Assembly: GCA_963668625.2 (NCBI GenBank)
Contig: CAXXKA010000010.1
Span: 384,001-448,000 of the forward strand
From: an uncultured candidate division Zixibacteria bacterium
GTDB lineage: Bacteria > Zixibacteria > MSB-5A5 > UBA10806 > 4484-95
Length of the DNA stretch: 64,000 nucleotides
Direction: 5' to 3'
Position 1 is the first letter of the stretch; the number at the start of each line of letters is the position of its first letter. Made by a program: the position numbers and the translations under genes. Under the pieces are notes generated by a model. It did no database searches. It had not been told where the DNA came from and worked only from the letters and a program-made list of their open reading frames with translations. Below are positions 38,823 to 49,377 of the stretch, one piece after another.

Positions 38823-39728
38823 ATGAGCTTCTCCACTCAGGTAAAAGTAATTAAAGAACTGGGTCTTAGCGAATACGAAGCTAAATGCTATTTGGCGCTG
38901 TTTGAGAGGGAATCATTGTCGGTGATTGAGGTTATCGATTTAATCGGGATTCCACGGCCTAACGCTTATCAAGCGCTAAAGAAGCTTTTAGATAAAGGAT
39001 TATGTGTATCGCTACCGGGTAATGTCAAGCGTTATGCTGTTTCAAATCCGCAGGCTCTTCGCGAAATGGCTCGAGAGGTTGTCAACGGTTCTCTGGATGT
39101 CGAAATCGAAGAGTTGGAAAATAAGAAACAGAAAATCGTCGACAAGAAAATGAATATAAATGATAATATCGAAAAGGTTGTCAATAAACTTCAGGTTGTT
39201 TACAATAAAAACCGCAGTAACGATTCACCGCTTGATTACATAGAAATATACAAAGACCGTCTTCAGGTGCTCAGAAAATTTAGTGAATTGATTGTTCATG
39301 CTAAGGAAGAACTACTAACTATCGAAAAACCCACCGGGAATTGGACTCCACCCCCTCAAAAAGAATATGACCAATGGCTTGAGGAGTCCTCAAAAACAGT
39401 AGTGAAACTCATAGAAAGAGGCGTTAAGTGTAGGGGGCTATACGAATTGTCGGATGAAAGCGAGAGAAGAAAGTGGCAACTTCGATTGATGGAGAAGTTT
39501 TCAGAAAACGGAGAAGATTTTAGAATTACAAGAGAACTTCCAATGAAAGTGACAACCATTGATTCGCGGATTGTAATATTTACAATGGAGGATCAACTTT
39601 CCGGCAAACCTTCGTATACCTTTCAGATTGTTTATCATAAAGGGATGGCGAATATTATTAAATTGGCATTTGAAACATTATGGGCCGGCGCCGAAGACTT
39701 TAACGATTTTATAAAAAGAGAGAACTAA
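38823..39728 (+). CDS. TrmB-family transcriptional regulator (copy 3)
   Basis: LGLSEYEAKCYLAL...IPRPNAYQAL; SPLDYIEI; LPMKV...FETLW. Confidence 0.9.
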   Translation: MSFSTQVKVIKELGLSEYEAKCYLALFERESLSVIEVIDLIGIPRPNAYQALKKLLDKGLCVSLPGNVKRYAVSNPQALREMAREVVNGSLDVEIEELENKKQKIVDKKMNINDNIEKVVNKLQVVYNKNRSNDSPLDYIEIYKDRLQVLRKFSELIVHAKEELLTIEKPTGNWTPPPQKEYDQWLEESSKTVVKLIERGVKCRGLYELSDESERRKWQLRLMEKFSENGEDFRITRELPMKVTTIDSRIVIFTMEDQLSGKPSYTFQIVYHKGMANIIKLAFETLWAGAEDFNDFIKREN

Positions 39729-39759
39729 AATAGCAAAGGATAATCTTATGGTAATTAAA

Positions 39760-39900
39760 AATCAAAAAAGTAAAAAAGGACTAATGCTACTGCCATAGCA
39801 TTTAGTCCCTCAATGAAATTACCGGGTTCTAAAAGCGATGCAAAACCCAGCACTTTTTCACTTGAAATGTATATTAAAAGAATTTCTTACCAAACATCAA
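39760..39900 (-). ncRNA. Possible divergent antisense small RNA D
   Basis: Minus-strand TTGATG-18-TAATAT; hairpin GGGTT/AACCC (39824-39848); terminator-like hairpin 39778-39808 with a long U run. Architecture matches A-C but sequence does not. Confidence 0.3.
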
Positions 39901-40049
39901 GTCATAAAGTGTTAGCCGCTTATTATTTCCTGACCCGGAATTGTCAAAAAAAGAGGAATCGATTTAGTAAAGAAGTGTGGAGATGTTTTATGTAAACAAG
40001 ATTATTAATAAAGGTTTTACATCAAGGTTATTAACAGTTAGGAGAATTT

Positions 40050-41885
40050 ATGAAGCAAGTTGCGAAGGATAGAAAGGCAAACCTTTTAACTTCAAGGAGA
40101 GCAATAATGAAGAATATGAAAATATGTTATTTGCTGCTTATAGCATTAATACCGCTGGTTTGCTTAAGCACGGCTTCTGCAGGCAAGCTGGGGACCAGCT
40201 ATATCGTATCCGAGGATGGCAGTGTCGTCAAAGATTATATTTATGATGAATTGTCGCCGGATATTACTTTAGATGTGCCGGAAAACGATAACTGTGAAAA
40301 CGCAGAGACAGTTTTCTCGATGCCGGGTGAAGGGTATAATAACGTTAGAACAGTAGTAGTATACAGTACCCTTGAGGCAACCTTTGATGGTTCCGGCTTA
40401 TGCCAGACTGAGCCCAACATCTGGTATATCTATACCGCCGATGTCACGGCTGAAGTTACAGTCAGCACGGACGATAATCTCGGAGATCCACAAGACGAAT
40501 TAACTTACGATTCCTATCTGGCTGTTTACGAAGGTTCCACCTGTCCTCCCTCATCTGTGATTGCCTGTAACGATGACTATGAGGAAGGGAAAGACTACTC
40601 TAAGATTACCTTTATGGCTACCGCTGGCAATCAATACCTGATAGAAGTCGGTGGTATCGACAAAGGCGGCCGCGACGCTACAGGCTTAGGTGAATTGATT
40701 GTAATCGCTCGTCCCATTCATGATGTGCGCCTCTGGTCACTTACCTCTCCTCGTCCGGGCAAACTACTTGATACCGAGGATGTAGGCTTTAGCGATATCA
40801 AAGCTTACATATTCAATCCCGGCGCCAACACCGAGAGAATAGATGTTACGGCTTATGATCCTGATGGGGATTACAGCAACTCGTACGATAACCTGGTTAT
40901 AACTCCCAACGAATTTATCGAAATCCACTTAGTCAACCCGACTGGTCCCTATACATTTCCATCTGAAACCTGCGTAGACGGCAACTTAACATTAGAAACA
41001 CACCTTGATCGCGATGTAGTGCCGGGTAATAATACCTTCTCGACTGCGTTCAGACGTACTCGTTCTATAACACAATCGTACGAAAATTATAGCAACGAGA
41101 GGCCCGGTGGAGGATCGTGGACTTATCATCATAATTCTGTTATTGCTAAAGAGTATGTCGCTGAAGGAAATGAAGAAATCGTCTATATCGGTGCTCGTGT
41201 CTGGTCCGGCGATTATGGTATATGGCTTGGGAATGGAGCTACAAGGTATTTCGATCCTATTAAGCTTTCTCTTTTCATTGATGGAAATAATGATGGATAT
41301 CCGGATATTGAGCCGATATTTGAAGCCTTCGCCAAGCCGGCGGGCATGCCAAACGACTGGTGCTATGCCGTGTTGCCTTGCGGAATAACCATAACCGAAG
41401 GTCAGCATTTCTGGGTCGGATGGAGTGACTATCAACACGACAGATGGGGTCACTTCCTTGCTTTCGATAACATTCCAAACGATCGCGATATTTGGTGTCG
41501 GAACCAATATAAAGAGTGGGTTCAAGAAGATGGCACTGGCCGTTATTACCTAGGCGCCTGGGCAACCGACAGCGATGCCATTTCCACCTCCAATAACTCA
41601 GACGGGGCATCAGGTATACCCGAAACGTTCGAGTTATCTCATAACTACCCCAATCCGTTTAATGCTCAAACATCAATTGAGTTCGCCCTGCCGCAGGCCG
41701 GCGAAGTTGAGCTGACAGTTTACAATATGCTCGGCCAGGAGATCGATGTTTTAGTCCTGGGAACGATGGAAGCCGGTTATCATTCGGTGATCTGGGATGC
41801 TTCCGATGTTTCGACTGGTGTCTATTTCTATAAAATAAATGCTGGTGAATTTAGTAAAACGCAAAAGATGCTGCTTCTGAAGTAG
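40050..41885 (+). CDS. Secreted protein (P.NDxC module + Ig-like regions) with YPNPFN sorting domain
   Basis: Likely start ~40107 after AAGGAG; signal peptide; paralog of the 41909 protein. Confidence 0.75.
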   Translation: MKQVAKDRKANLLTSRRAIMKNMKICYLLLIALIPLVCLSTASAGKLGTSYIVSEDGSVVKDYIYDELSPDITLDVPENDNCENAETVFSMPGEGYNNVRTVVVYSTLEATFDGSGLCQTEPNIWYIYTADVTAEVTVSTDDNLGDPQDELTYDSYLAVYEGSTCPPSSVIACNDDYEEGKDYSKITFMATAGNQYLIEVGGIDKGGRDATGLGELIVIARPIHDVRLWSLTSPRPGKLLDTEDVGFSDIKAYIFNPGANTERIDVTAYDPDGDYSNSYDNLVITPNEFIEIHLVNPTGPYTFPSETCVDGNLTLETHLDRDVVPGNNTFSTAFRRTRSITQSYENYSNERPGGGSWTYHHNSVIAKEYVAEGNEEIVYIGARVWSGDYGIWLGNGATRYFDPIKLSLFIDGNNDGYPDIEPIFEAFAKPAGMPNDWCYAVLPCGITITEGQHFWVGWSDYQHDRWGHFLAFDNIPNDRDIWCRNQYKEWVQEDGTGRYYLGAWATDSDAISTSNNSDGASGIPETFELSHNYPNPFNAQTSIEFALPQAGEVELTVYNMLGQEIDVLVLGTMEAGYHSVIWDASDVSTGVYFYKINAGEFSKTQKMLLLK

Positions 41886-41908
41886 GCGAAAGAAGGAGAT
41901 TTAATATT

Positions 41909-43672
41909 ATGAAGAGATGTTATTTACTAATTTTAGTATTGATACCTTTGGTTTGCCTGAATACGGCTTCAGCTGGCAGACAGGGTATTGAGTTTGTCAA
42001 GTCCGAAAACGGCAGCATTGTTAAAGAATATATTAATGATACGCCGTCTGGGATTACTCTGGATGTTCCGGCCAACGATGACTGCGAAAACGCCGAGGGA
42101 ATAATCGCGGGCGAGTATGGAATTCACAACATGATCACGGGGGTTGAATTCAGCACCCTCGAGGCCACTTTCGATGGCGATGGCTTATGCCAGACAGAAC
42201 CTAATGTCTGGTATGTTTACACCGCTGATGTCTCGGCTGAAGTTACAGTCAGCACGGATGGTTTGCTAGGAGCGGAAGAGTTGGAGTTAGACTACGACTC
42301 CTACCTGGCTGTTTATGATGGCTCCGACTGTCCCCCAACAACCTTGATTGCCTGCAACGATGATTATGATGAGAATTATGATTATTCACAGCTTACCTTT
42401 GTGGCTACAGAGGGTAATCAATACCTGATAGAAGTCGGAGGTATCGACAAAGGCGGCCGCACCGCTACGGGCACAGGTGAATTGCTGGTAACCTCTCGAC
42501 CCATTCATGATGTCGGGATCTGGTCAGTTACCGAATTTCGTCCGGGCGAATTGTTTGATCCCGATAATGAAGGCTTCGCCGGACTCACAACTTACATATA
42601 CAATTATGGCGCTAATCCTGAAAGAGTCGACGTTCTTGCTTACGACTATGACCAGGGTTATTCCAATTGGTATTATGATTTGGAGATGGATCCCGGCCAA
42701 CTATTAGAAGTCAGTCTCACTCAGTCGTTTGCCAATTATATGTTGCCTTCAGACACCTGTACAGAAAATAACCTTTCATTCGAAACAGTCCTTGATCGTG
42801 ATCTGGTGCCGGAAAATGATATTTTCACGACGGTGTCCAGACGTCCCCGTCCTATAACCCATGAGTACAAAAACTACGCTGACACTGTTTGGGGTGGAAA
42901 GTGGATGTGGCACCCGGAAGCTGTTACCGCTATGGAGTATGTCTCCGAAAGGGATGAAGATATTGTCTATATCGGCGGGCGTGTTTGTTCGGGCGATGAA
43001 GACTTCGGAGAAGGTGGAACGCTATGGTTTGAGGAATCAAGGTATATCGATCCGGTCATGCTTTCTCTTTACTTCGATGAAAATGAGGATGGACTTCCGG
43101 ATGATGAGCCGATATTCGAGGCCCCCGTCCTACCGTCAGGCGATTCACCCGATTGGAGCTACGCCGTGTTACCCTGTGGGGTAAGCGTAACCGAAGGTCA
43201 GCATTTCTGGGTCGGCTGGAGTGATTATCGATACGATAGATGGGGTTACTACCTCGCTACCGACGGCCAACCTTCGGATGATGTCTGGTATTTCGGTGAA
43301 GATACTCATACCTGGGAGCAAGCATCATCTGACCATTGGGGTTTCTTCCTCGGCGCCTGGTCGCGCGAAGATATGGTTGGTATCGGCGATAATCCGTCCG
43401 GTATGCCTGAGACGTTCGAATTGTCAAATAACTATCCCAATCCATTTAATGCTCAAACATCAATCGGGTTCGCCCTGCCGCAGGCCGGTGATGTTAAGTT
43501 AACCGTTTACAATACGCTTGGTCAGGAGATCGAAGTTATAGCCCTCGGACAGTTGGAGGCGGGCTATCATTCGGTGAACTGGGATGCTTCTGACGTGTCG
43601 ACGGGTGTCTATTTCTACAAAGTACAAGCTGGTGAGTTCAGCAAAACACAAAAGATGCTACTTCTGAAGTAA
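41909..43672 (+). CDS. Secreted protein, tandem paralog of the 40050 protein, with YPNPFN sorting domain
   Basis: Shared GNQYLIEVGGIDKGGR, YAVLPCG...EGQHFWVGWSDY and C-terminal domain. Confidence 0.75.
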   Translation: MKRCYLLILVLIPLVCLNTASAGRQGIEFVKSENGSIVKEYINDTPSGITLDVPANDDCENAEGIIAGEYGIHNMITGVEFSTLEATFDGDGLCQTEPNVWYVYTADVSAEVTVSTDGLLGAEELELDYDSYLAVYDGSDCPPTTLIACNDDYDENYDYSQLTFVATEGNQYLIEVGGIDKGGRTATGTGELLVTSRPIHDVGIWSVTEFRPGELFDPDNEGFAGLTTYIYNYGANPERVDVLAYDYDQGYSNWYYDLEMDPGQLLEVSLTQSFANYMLPSDTCTENNLSFETVLDRDLVPENDIFTTVSRRPRPITHEYKNYADTVWGGKWMWHPEAVTAMEYVSERDEDIVYIGGRVCSGDEDFGEGGTLWFEESRYIDPVMLSLYFDENEDGLPDDEPIFEAPVLPSGDSPDWSYAVLPCGVSVTEGQHFWVGWSDYRYDRWGYYLATDGQPSDDVWYFGEDTHTWEQASSDHWGFFLGAWSREDMVGIGDNPSGMPETFELSNNYPNPFNAQTSIGFALPQAGDVKLTVYNTLGQEIEVIALGQLEAGYHSVNWDASDVSTGVYFYKVQAGEFSKTQKMLLLK

Positions 43673-44007
43673 GTTTTAACAATGTTTTTATGGCCATCAC
43701 GTTAGTAGGATCGTGATGGCCATTACCGTATCGACATCTTTGACAATATCAAATTTAAGCTGTACGCAGATGGTTCTAATAAGCGGTAAAATAAATTTAT
43801 CTTTTAAAGGTTTTTAAATCGTCAAATTTTAAGCAGTGAACTAGGAAGTCAGGTTATGGCTTTACGTGAAGATAGTATATTTTACGTGTTGCCGGAAAAG
43901 TTTTAAAATTCATGAAATATTGGATTAATGATTCAAACAATGAGATTAGCAAAATGTTTTTGATTTTGCTTAGTAGTTAGTGTAAAACCGATGTATCGGA
44001 GAGTTTT

Positions 44008-45366
44008 ATGAAACATAACTTCTTGATGCTAATTTTAACGGCAATGCTTTTAGGGATGATAGTGTCAACAGCAATTGGCCAAAACGGCGCCTGTTGTTAT
44101 CTTGATGGCTCTGAAATGCAGTGTATGATTACTGATGATGAAGATTACTGCACATGGACGCTATTTGGCTCCTTCCATACCGGCGCAACCTGTGATGATA
44201 TTGATCCTGAAAACGGTATTGCCGATATCTGCGAATACGTACCTGTGGAAGGCGCCTGCTGTTATGATGACGGCTCGGGTATGCAATGTATGATTACTGA
44301 TGATGAAGATTACTGCACATGGACGCTGTTTGGCTCCTTTAATCCCGGCGCAACCTGTGAGGATGTTGATCCTGAAAACGGTATTGCCGATATCTGCGAA
44401 TCAGGATCACAGGAAGGCGCCTGTTGTTATGATGACGGCTCAGGCATGCAGTGTATGATTACTGATGATGAAGATTACTGCGCATGGACGCTGTTTGGCT
44501 CCTTTAATGCCGGCGCAACCTGTGAGGATATGTATCCTGAAAACGGTATCGCCGATATCTGCGAATACGTACCTGTGGAAGGCGCCTGCTGTTACTATGA
44601 AGGCGAAGATTTGATGTGCATGATTACTGGTGATGAAGAGTACTGCCAGGATACACTCAATGGTGATTTTCATTCCGGTGCTACCTGCGAAGACATTGAT
44701 CCTGAAAACGGTATCGCCGATATTTGCGACCCCGCTGCTAGCAATGGCGCTTGCTGTTATGATGACGGCTCGAGTATGCAATGTGAGATTACGGATGATA
44801 TTATGTATTGCACGGAGACGCTTGGGGGCTTCTTCCGTTTAGGTGCTACCTGTGATGATATTGATCCACAAAACGGTGTAGCCGATATATGTGATGATGA
44901 AGCGCCCGGCGCTTGCTGTTTCTATGATGGCACGTTCTGCATGATATTTGATTACGAAAACGACTGTGTTTATAGTGGCGGCACCTGGATGGGCGTAGGT
45001 TCAGTCTGCGGTGAATACGATGAAGAAACCGGTTGGTCGGGTTGCAGCGTCACTACTACTTACGAATACCTCCCCGGTGATGCCAACATGGCTGCCGGCT
45101 CGTGGCCGCCGAATGTAATCGGCGCGGATGTCACCTACCTGGTGAACTATTTCCGGGCTATCGCCGCGCCATGTCTGGTCGGTGGTTTCTATAACTCGGC
45201 TGATGCTAACGGTGACTGTTCGGTAATCGGCGCGGACGTTACCTATCTGGTACAATATTTCCGAGGCGCGAACGAATTGCATTTCTGCCCTGACTATGAA
45301 CCAACCTGGCAAAGCAGCGGCGATTTACCGGCCGAGGCTCCCGATAGCTGGCCGAATTGTGAATGA
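44008..45366 (+). CDS. Secreted protein made of six GACC Cys/Asp-rich repeats plus dockerin
   Basis: Five ~55-aa repeats GACCY.DG...C...D..YC...GATC.D.DPENGIADIC, one further GACC repeat, then the invariant dockerin. Confidence 0.8.
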   Translation: MKHNFLMLILTAMLLGMIVSTAIGQNGACCYLDGSEMQCMITDDEDYCTWTLFGSFHTGATCDDIDPENGIADICEYVPVEGACCYDDGSGMQCMITDDEDYCTWTLFGSFNPGATCEDVDPENGIADICESGSQEGACCYDDGSGMQCMITDDEDYCAWTLFGSFNAGATCEDMYPENGIADICEYVPVEGACCYYEGEDLMCMITGDEEYCQDTLNGDFHSGATCEDIDPENGIADICDPAASNGACCYDDGSSMQCEITDDIMYCTETLGGFFRLGATCDDIDPQNGVADICDDEAPGACCFYDGTFCMIFDYENDCVYSGGTWMGVGSVCGEYDEETGWSGCSVTTTYEYLPGDANMAAGSWPPNVIGADVTYLVNYFRAIAAPCLVGGFYNSADANGDCSVIGADVTYLVQYFRGANELHFCPDYEPTWQSSGDLPAEAPDSWPNCE

Positions 45367-45470
45367 ACTCCTTGATTCGAGTAATTAAACTCAGCTACTA
45401 CTTCTTGAAAAGTGCTCTAACACTTTGATCTTGATCTACGGAAGGCGGCTCTGAAAAGGGCCGCCTTTTT
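45367..45470 (+). repeat. Conserved post-dockerin trailer, copy 3, with intrinsic terminator
   Basis: Same trailer; AAGGCGGCTCT-GAAA-AGGGCCGCCTTTTT. Confidence 0.85.
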
Positions 45471-45619
45471 CATGTCAACACTACGGTAACAACGGCGGTA
45501 TATCTGTGGTAATCTGTGGTGCTTTCTGGTGTCGAAAGGTGTAGATCGGATTTATTGCAATTCGCTATCAATCAACAGAGTAAGTTTAATACCAATAATT
45601 TAGCAAAATAGCATGGATG

Positions 45620-45665
45620 GGAATCATAATCCTCATGCCCGGGGTTCAAGTCCCTGCTCCGCTAC
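45620..45665 (+). mobile_element. att-like 3' half of a tRNA with CAT anticodon (Met/Ile2)
   Basis: GGAATCATAATCCTCATGCCCGGGGTTCAAGTCCCTGCTCCGCTAC: anticodon loop, T-arm and 3' acceptor strand only; no D-arm; upstream ATCTGTGGT direct repeats at 45502-45520. Confidence 0.7.
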
Positions 45666-45918
45666 TTGTCTTTCAATAATTAAAGATTAGCTTATATTTA
45701 GTTTAGTGCTCAATTATATATGACTGTGAGGCTTTAGCTTGCCCACTATACTGGTGGGTTATCTGTTGCTCTACTTTATGGGTAACAATAAGGCGACTGT
45801 CGAGTCGTCTTTTTTAATCTTAACCTTAAAAATACAAAAAAATAATCTCTACAAGGAAATGCAACCATCAAAGAAATATCTCTAAAATATTGTATATTAT
45901 GTAGTTATAATTATTATC

Positions 45919-45979
45919 TTGACTTTATTAAGATTATATTTATTTTATCATTATGTTACTACTTATATTAGTAGTAACA
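45919..45979 (+). promoter_or_regulatory. Promoter and perfect palindromic operator of trmB-4
   Basis: TTGACT-16-TATTTT; TGTTACTACT-TATATT-AGTAGTAACA at 45954-45979. Confidence 0.65.
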
Positions 45980-46032
45980 AGTTCTTAAGCTAGGCCGATA
46001 ATAATAAAAGGATTGAATATAAGGAAACAAGA

Positions 46033-46938
46033 ATGGATATACTTGAAGAAGCCAAAAAGCTCGGCTTGAACAGCTATCAAACGAAGGTCTACTTGGCGCT
46101 TATGGAGCGTGAATCATTGTCGGTAAGCGAAATTGCTAAGATTTCGCGAGTACCCAGGGCGCGAATCTATGATACCCTTGATTCCCTGATGCTGATCGGC
46201 TTAGCTTCGTTAAGACCCGGCAAGCAAAAAAGGTACAGTGCCTCCAACCCGACGATTCTCCAGAATAAACTCAATAATGATATCGAACAAAAGTATAATG
46301 AACAAAAAGAAACAGTAACTAAGCTAATTCTGACTTTTAAAAAGAGGTATGAGTCGAGCCGCCAGAATATCACCAGCAATCCCGATCCTTTAGAATTTAT
46401 TGAAGTGCTCAAAAATCCCATCCAGGTTCATCATAAATATCTCGAGTTGTTTTCCAAAACCAAAAAAGAGGTACTTGGATTTGTTAAACCGCCTTTTTAT
46501 TACGCCAATGAAGAACAGAGGTGGGAGCAGAATAAAGAAAACGAAGCGGCTACGAAAAGAGGGGTTGTAATCAGGTCTATTTTTCAAATACCCCCTGAAG
46601 ACGAGGCTGAAGAGTTTTTTGCCAGACAGATGAGCAAGCAAACCTCGACAAAAGGTGACGAGGATCGGGTTTTCGATGAACTTCCTATTAAACTGATTAT
46701 ATTCGATCAGAAAGCCTGTATCTATACACTTGAAGATCCCATAAAAAGCAGAACTTCCTTAACCGTACTCGCTACCGAACATGAGGCAATGGCTAAAAGC
46801 TTCAAGTTTTTATTTGAATCATTTTGGGAAAAAGCCCGGGATTATTTCGTGGTAAATGGCCAAAGGCATTATCTTTCTGAATACAAAAAGGGAAACGCTG
46901 AAAATTCGAAATATTCAAGTTATGATTATGTTATTTAA
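46033..46938 (+). CDS. TrmB-family transcriptional regulator (copy 4, closest to copy 1)
   Basis: LGLNSYQTKVYLAL...RVPRARIYDTLDSLM; HHKYLELFS; TLEDPIK...FLFESFWEK shared with copy 1. Confidence 0.9.
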   Translation: MDILEEAKKLGLNSYQTKVYLALMERESLSVSEIAKISRVPRARIYDTLDSLMLIGLASLRPGKQKRYSASNPTILQNKLNNDIEQKYNEQKETVTKLILTFKKRYESSRQNITSNPDPLEFIEVLKNPIQVHHKYLELFSKTKKEVLGFVKPPFYYANEEQRWEQNKENEAATKRGVVIRSIFQIPPEDEAEEFFARQMSKQTSTKGDEDRVFDELPIKLIIFDQKACIYTLEDPIKSRTSLTVLATEHEAMAKSFKFLFESFWEKARDYFVVNGQRHYLSEYKKGNAENSKYSSYDYVI

Positions 46939-47011
46939 AAGGAGAAACAATGAATAATTATTCACGGGCTAATCGTTAATATGTCAAATTAAATATTAAA
47001 GGAGAAAAGCG

Positions 47012-49288
47012 ATGTATCGGATTAAACCATTTGCATTAACGTTACTGCTGGCGTTTGCATTATTGCCCTACGGCATAGGCAAGGCAGAAAACAGTGACAA
47101 GCCGGCCGGCGATAACCATCTTCCGACTTATCAGGAAACGATAGACAAAAGTACGGGGCTTATAATATGGAACGAACCCGAATTGCAGCCAAAAACAAAT
47201 CCAACACAATCAACCATACTCGATATCCCGGCGAATGACAATTGCGCCGATGCCACTCCGATTGGCGAAACTGAGGGAGTACTGTTCAGCACTGTTGAAG
47301 CCACCCCTGACGGCCCGAATGACTTTGTAACCAATCCCAATGTGTGGTTCCTCTATACCGCCACCGTGACCGCGCCGGTTCAGATCGTGGTCTCCGATAC
47401 CACCGGATCGGATTATTCGATCTCGGAAAATTGTGCTATCTATAAAGGTGCTGCCTGTCCGGAAGCTGTAGTTTTTCCGGAGCCAACACAAATGCAGGGT
47501 GGAGAGACGATCGAAACCGCCACCTCAATATCATCCCTGCCTGCGGTAGTCACCGGTACTATTCGAGGGTATAGTCGGGACTACGAGTTTTCATCTTGCA
47601 TTTATTACGGGCAGGGTGTTTTCTCAGATGTTGTTTATTCTTATGCCTCTCAAGTGGATGATTTTATTAATGTACTCCTTGATTTCGAAAGTTCTACGAC
47701 TACTGATTTTATTGTGATTACCGATGCCGAAGGTAATGAATTAGCCTGTGCTAGAGAGCAATGGGAGCAGTCCAGGATACTTAATTTCCCCGTTACTGCG
47801 GGAGAAACTTATTACTTTGTCATTGGGAACTCGTGGGGCACAGACATTGGTGATCCATATACTTTAAAAATTTCATCGCCGAATTATATATTAGCAGAGT
47901 GCCTTGATGCGTCATATTATGTTAACCGAACTACGATGAATGTTGTTGTCGGTGAGCAGTATTTAATCGAAATCGGCGCCCATCATTCAAGCTCGAGTCC
48001 AAACTGCGAAGGGTATCTCTCGATAATACCCAATCCGATCGTGCCGATTAACGACGATTGCGAAGACGCCACCCAGATGGGCATCCTCCAGCCGGGTTCG
48101 GTCTTGCAGGCAACCGGTGATAACAGAGGCGCTCCCAGCATTGACTGTCACCAGAGTAACAATGCTCCCGAAGTCTGGGTAACGTTTGCAATCGAAGACA
48201 CGATGGATATTAGCATAGATCTTTGCGGTACGCCGGTAACTTTCCACTCATCTTTTCTGTATCTAACAGAAGAGTGTCCGTGCGATCTCACCTATAGTAG
48301 AATCTCATCATCGAATTATACCCATATCTCGCGGTGTATCTCAGCTCAACTGATTATCTATTTTACTAATGTACCCCCGGGTAGCTACTATTTTCCAATA
48401 TGTTCCCAATATGGGGCCGAAGGTGAATATATCATTAATGTTAAAAGCCTTATGCCTCAGGTTTGTGACGACGAAGCTCTTTTCGGACAGAAACCTATTA
48501 CCAATCTTAATAATTCTTGTTTTATTCCTTCAGACATTCAAAGCTCCACTGCCATCTCCGATGATTTCGGAGGGCTGGACGAGGCAATCTCGCAAATCAC
48601 CTGGTGGGGTGATGATTACGTGGTCGATGCTGATTGCGATTCGGACTCTTTACCTTTCCAGATAACTTTTTGTAATGATGTTAACGACTCTCCGGGGGAT
48701 ACGATTGCGATCTATGATGTCGATGCTTCAATTGTCGAGACAGGCTATATTTACGTTCGCGACCAGTACTATCAGAAAAAATTTACGGCCACGCTGAGCC
48801 CGCCATTATCGGTAAGTGACGGCTGGGTGATTATCCGGGGCAACAGCGAAAACGGCTGTATATTTACCTGGCAAATGAATAATAGTTCTAATGGTTTCAG
48901 TAAATCATACAACGAATCCTCGGGTCGTTGGATAACATCATCAACCGATTTCGCTTTCTGCCTGAGCAAGGGGCCGGTTGATATCGATGATGAGCCGGCT
49001 GATTTACCGTTGGCTTTAGAGCTACAACAAAACTATCCAAACCCGTTCAACGCCACCACCTCAATTCAATTCTCCTTAGAAACAACAGATCATGTTAATC
49101 TATCTGTCTATGATGTTGGCGGTCGCCGGATAAAGACGCTGCATGATGGCGTGCTATCGGCCGGTACGCATAGCATAATCTGGGATGGCGCCAACGAAGC
49201 GGGTGAGGTGGTATCATCCGGTATCTATTTCTATCGCTTAAAAAGCTCCGAGGGATCATTTGCCAAACGGATGGTGCTATTAAAATAA
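47012..49288 (+). CDS. Secreted Cys-rich multi-module protein with YPNPFN sorting domain
   Basis: Signal peptide; PANDNC and PINDDC modules; C-terminal QNYPNPFN...MVLLK; intact paralog of the 16190-18543 pseudogene. Confidence 0.8.
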   Translation: MYRIKPFALTLLLAFALLPYGIGKAENSDKPAGDNHLPTYQETIDKSTGLIIWNEPELQPKTNPTQSTILDIPANDNCADATPIGETEGVLFSTVEATPDGPNDFVTNPNVWFLYTATVTAPVQIVVSDTTGSDYSISENCAIYKGAACPEAVVFPEPTQMQGGETIETATSISSLPAVVTGTIRGYSRDYEFSSCIYYGQGVFSDVVYSYASQVDDFINVLLDFESSTTTDFIVITDAEGNELACAREQWEQSRILNFPVTAGETYYFVIGNSWGTDIGDPYTLKISSPNYILAECLDASYYVNRTTMNVVVGEQYLIEIGAHHSSSSPNCEGYLSIIPNPIVPINDDCEDATQMGILQPGSVLQATGDNRGAPSIDCHQSNNAPEVWVTFAIEDTMDISIDLCGTPVTFHSSFLYLTEECPCDLTYSRISSSNYTHISRCISAQLIIYFTNVPPGSYYFPICSQYGAEGEYIINVKSLMPQVCDDEALFGQKPITNLNNSCFIPSDIQSSTAISDDFGGLDEAISQITWWGDDYVVDADCDSDSLPFQITFCNDVNDSPGDTIAIYDVDASIVETGYIYVRDQYYQKKFTATLSPPLSVSDGWVIIRGNSENGCIFTWQMNNSSNGFSKSYNESSGRWITSSTDFAFCLSKGPVDIDDEPADLPLALELQQNYPNPFNATTSIQFSLETTDHVNLSVYDVGGRRIKTLHDGVLSAGTHSIIWDGANEAGEVVSSGIYFYRLKSSEGSFAKRMVLLK

Positions 49289-49377
49289 GCATAGTTTTTG
49301 AGAACTGGTTAAAACTGAAGAAAATCAATTAAGAAATAGTTTTGAAAACAACAGATCTTTTAACTTAAACGAACAGG

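Noticed and set aside
45601-45670. Functional tRNA-Met gene
   Set aside because: The 5' acceptor strand and D-arm are absent; kept as an att-like fragment.
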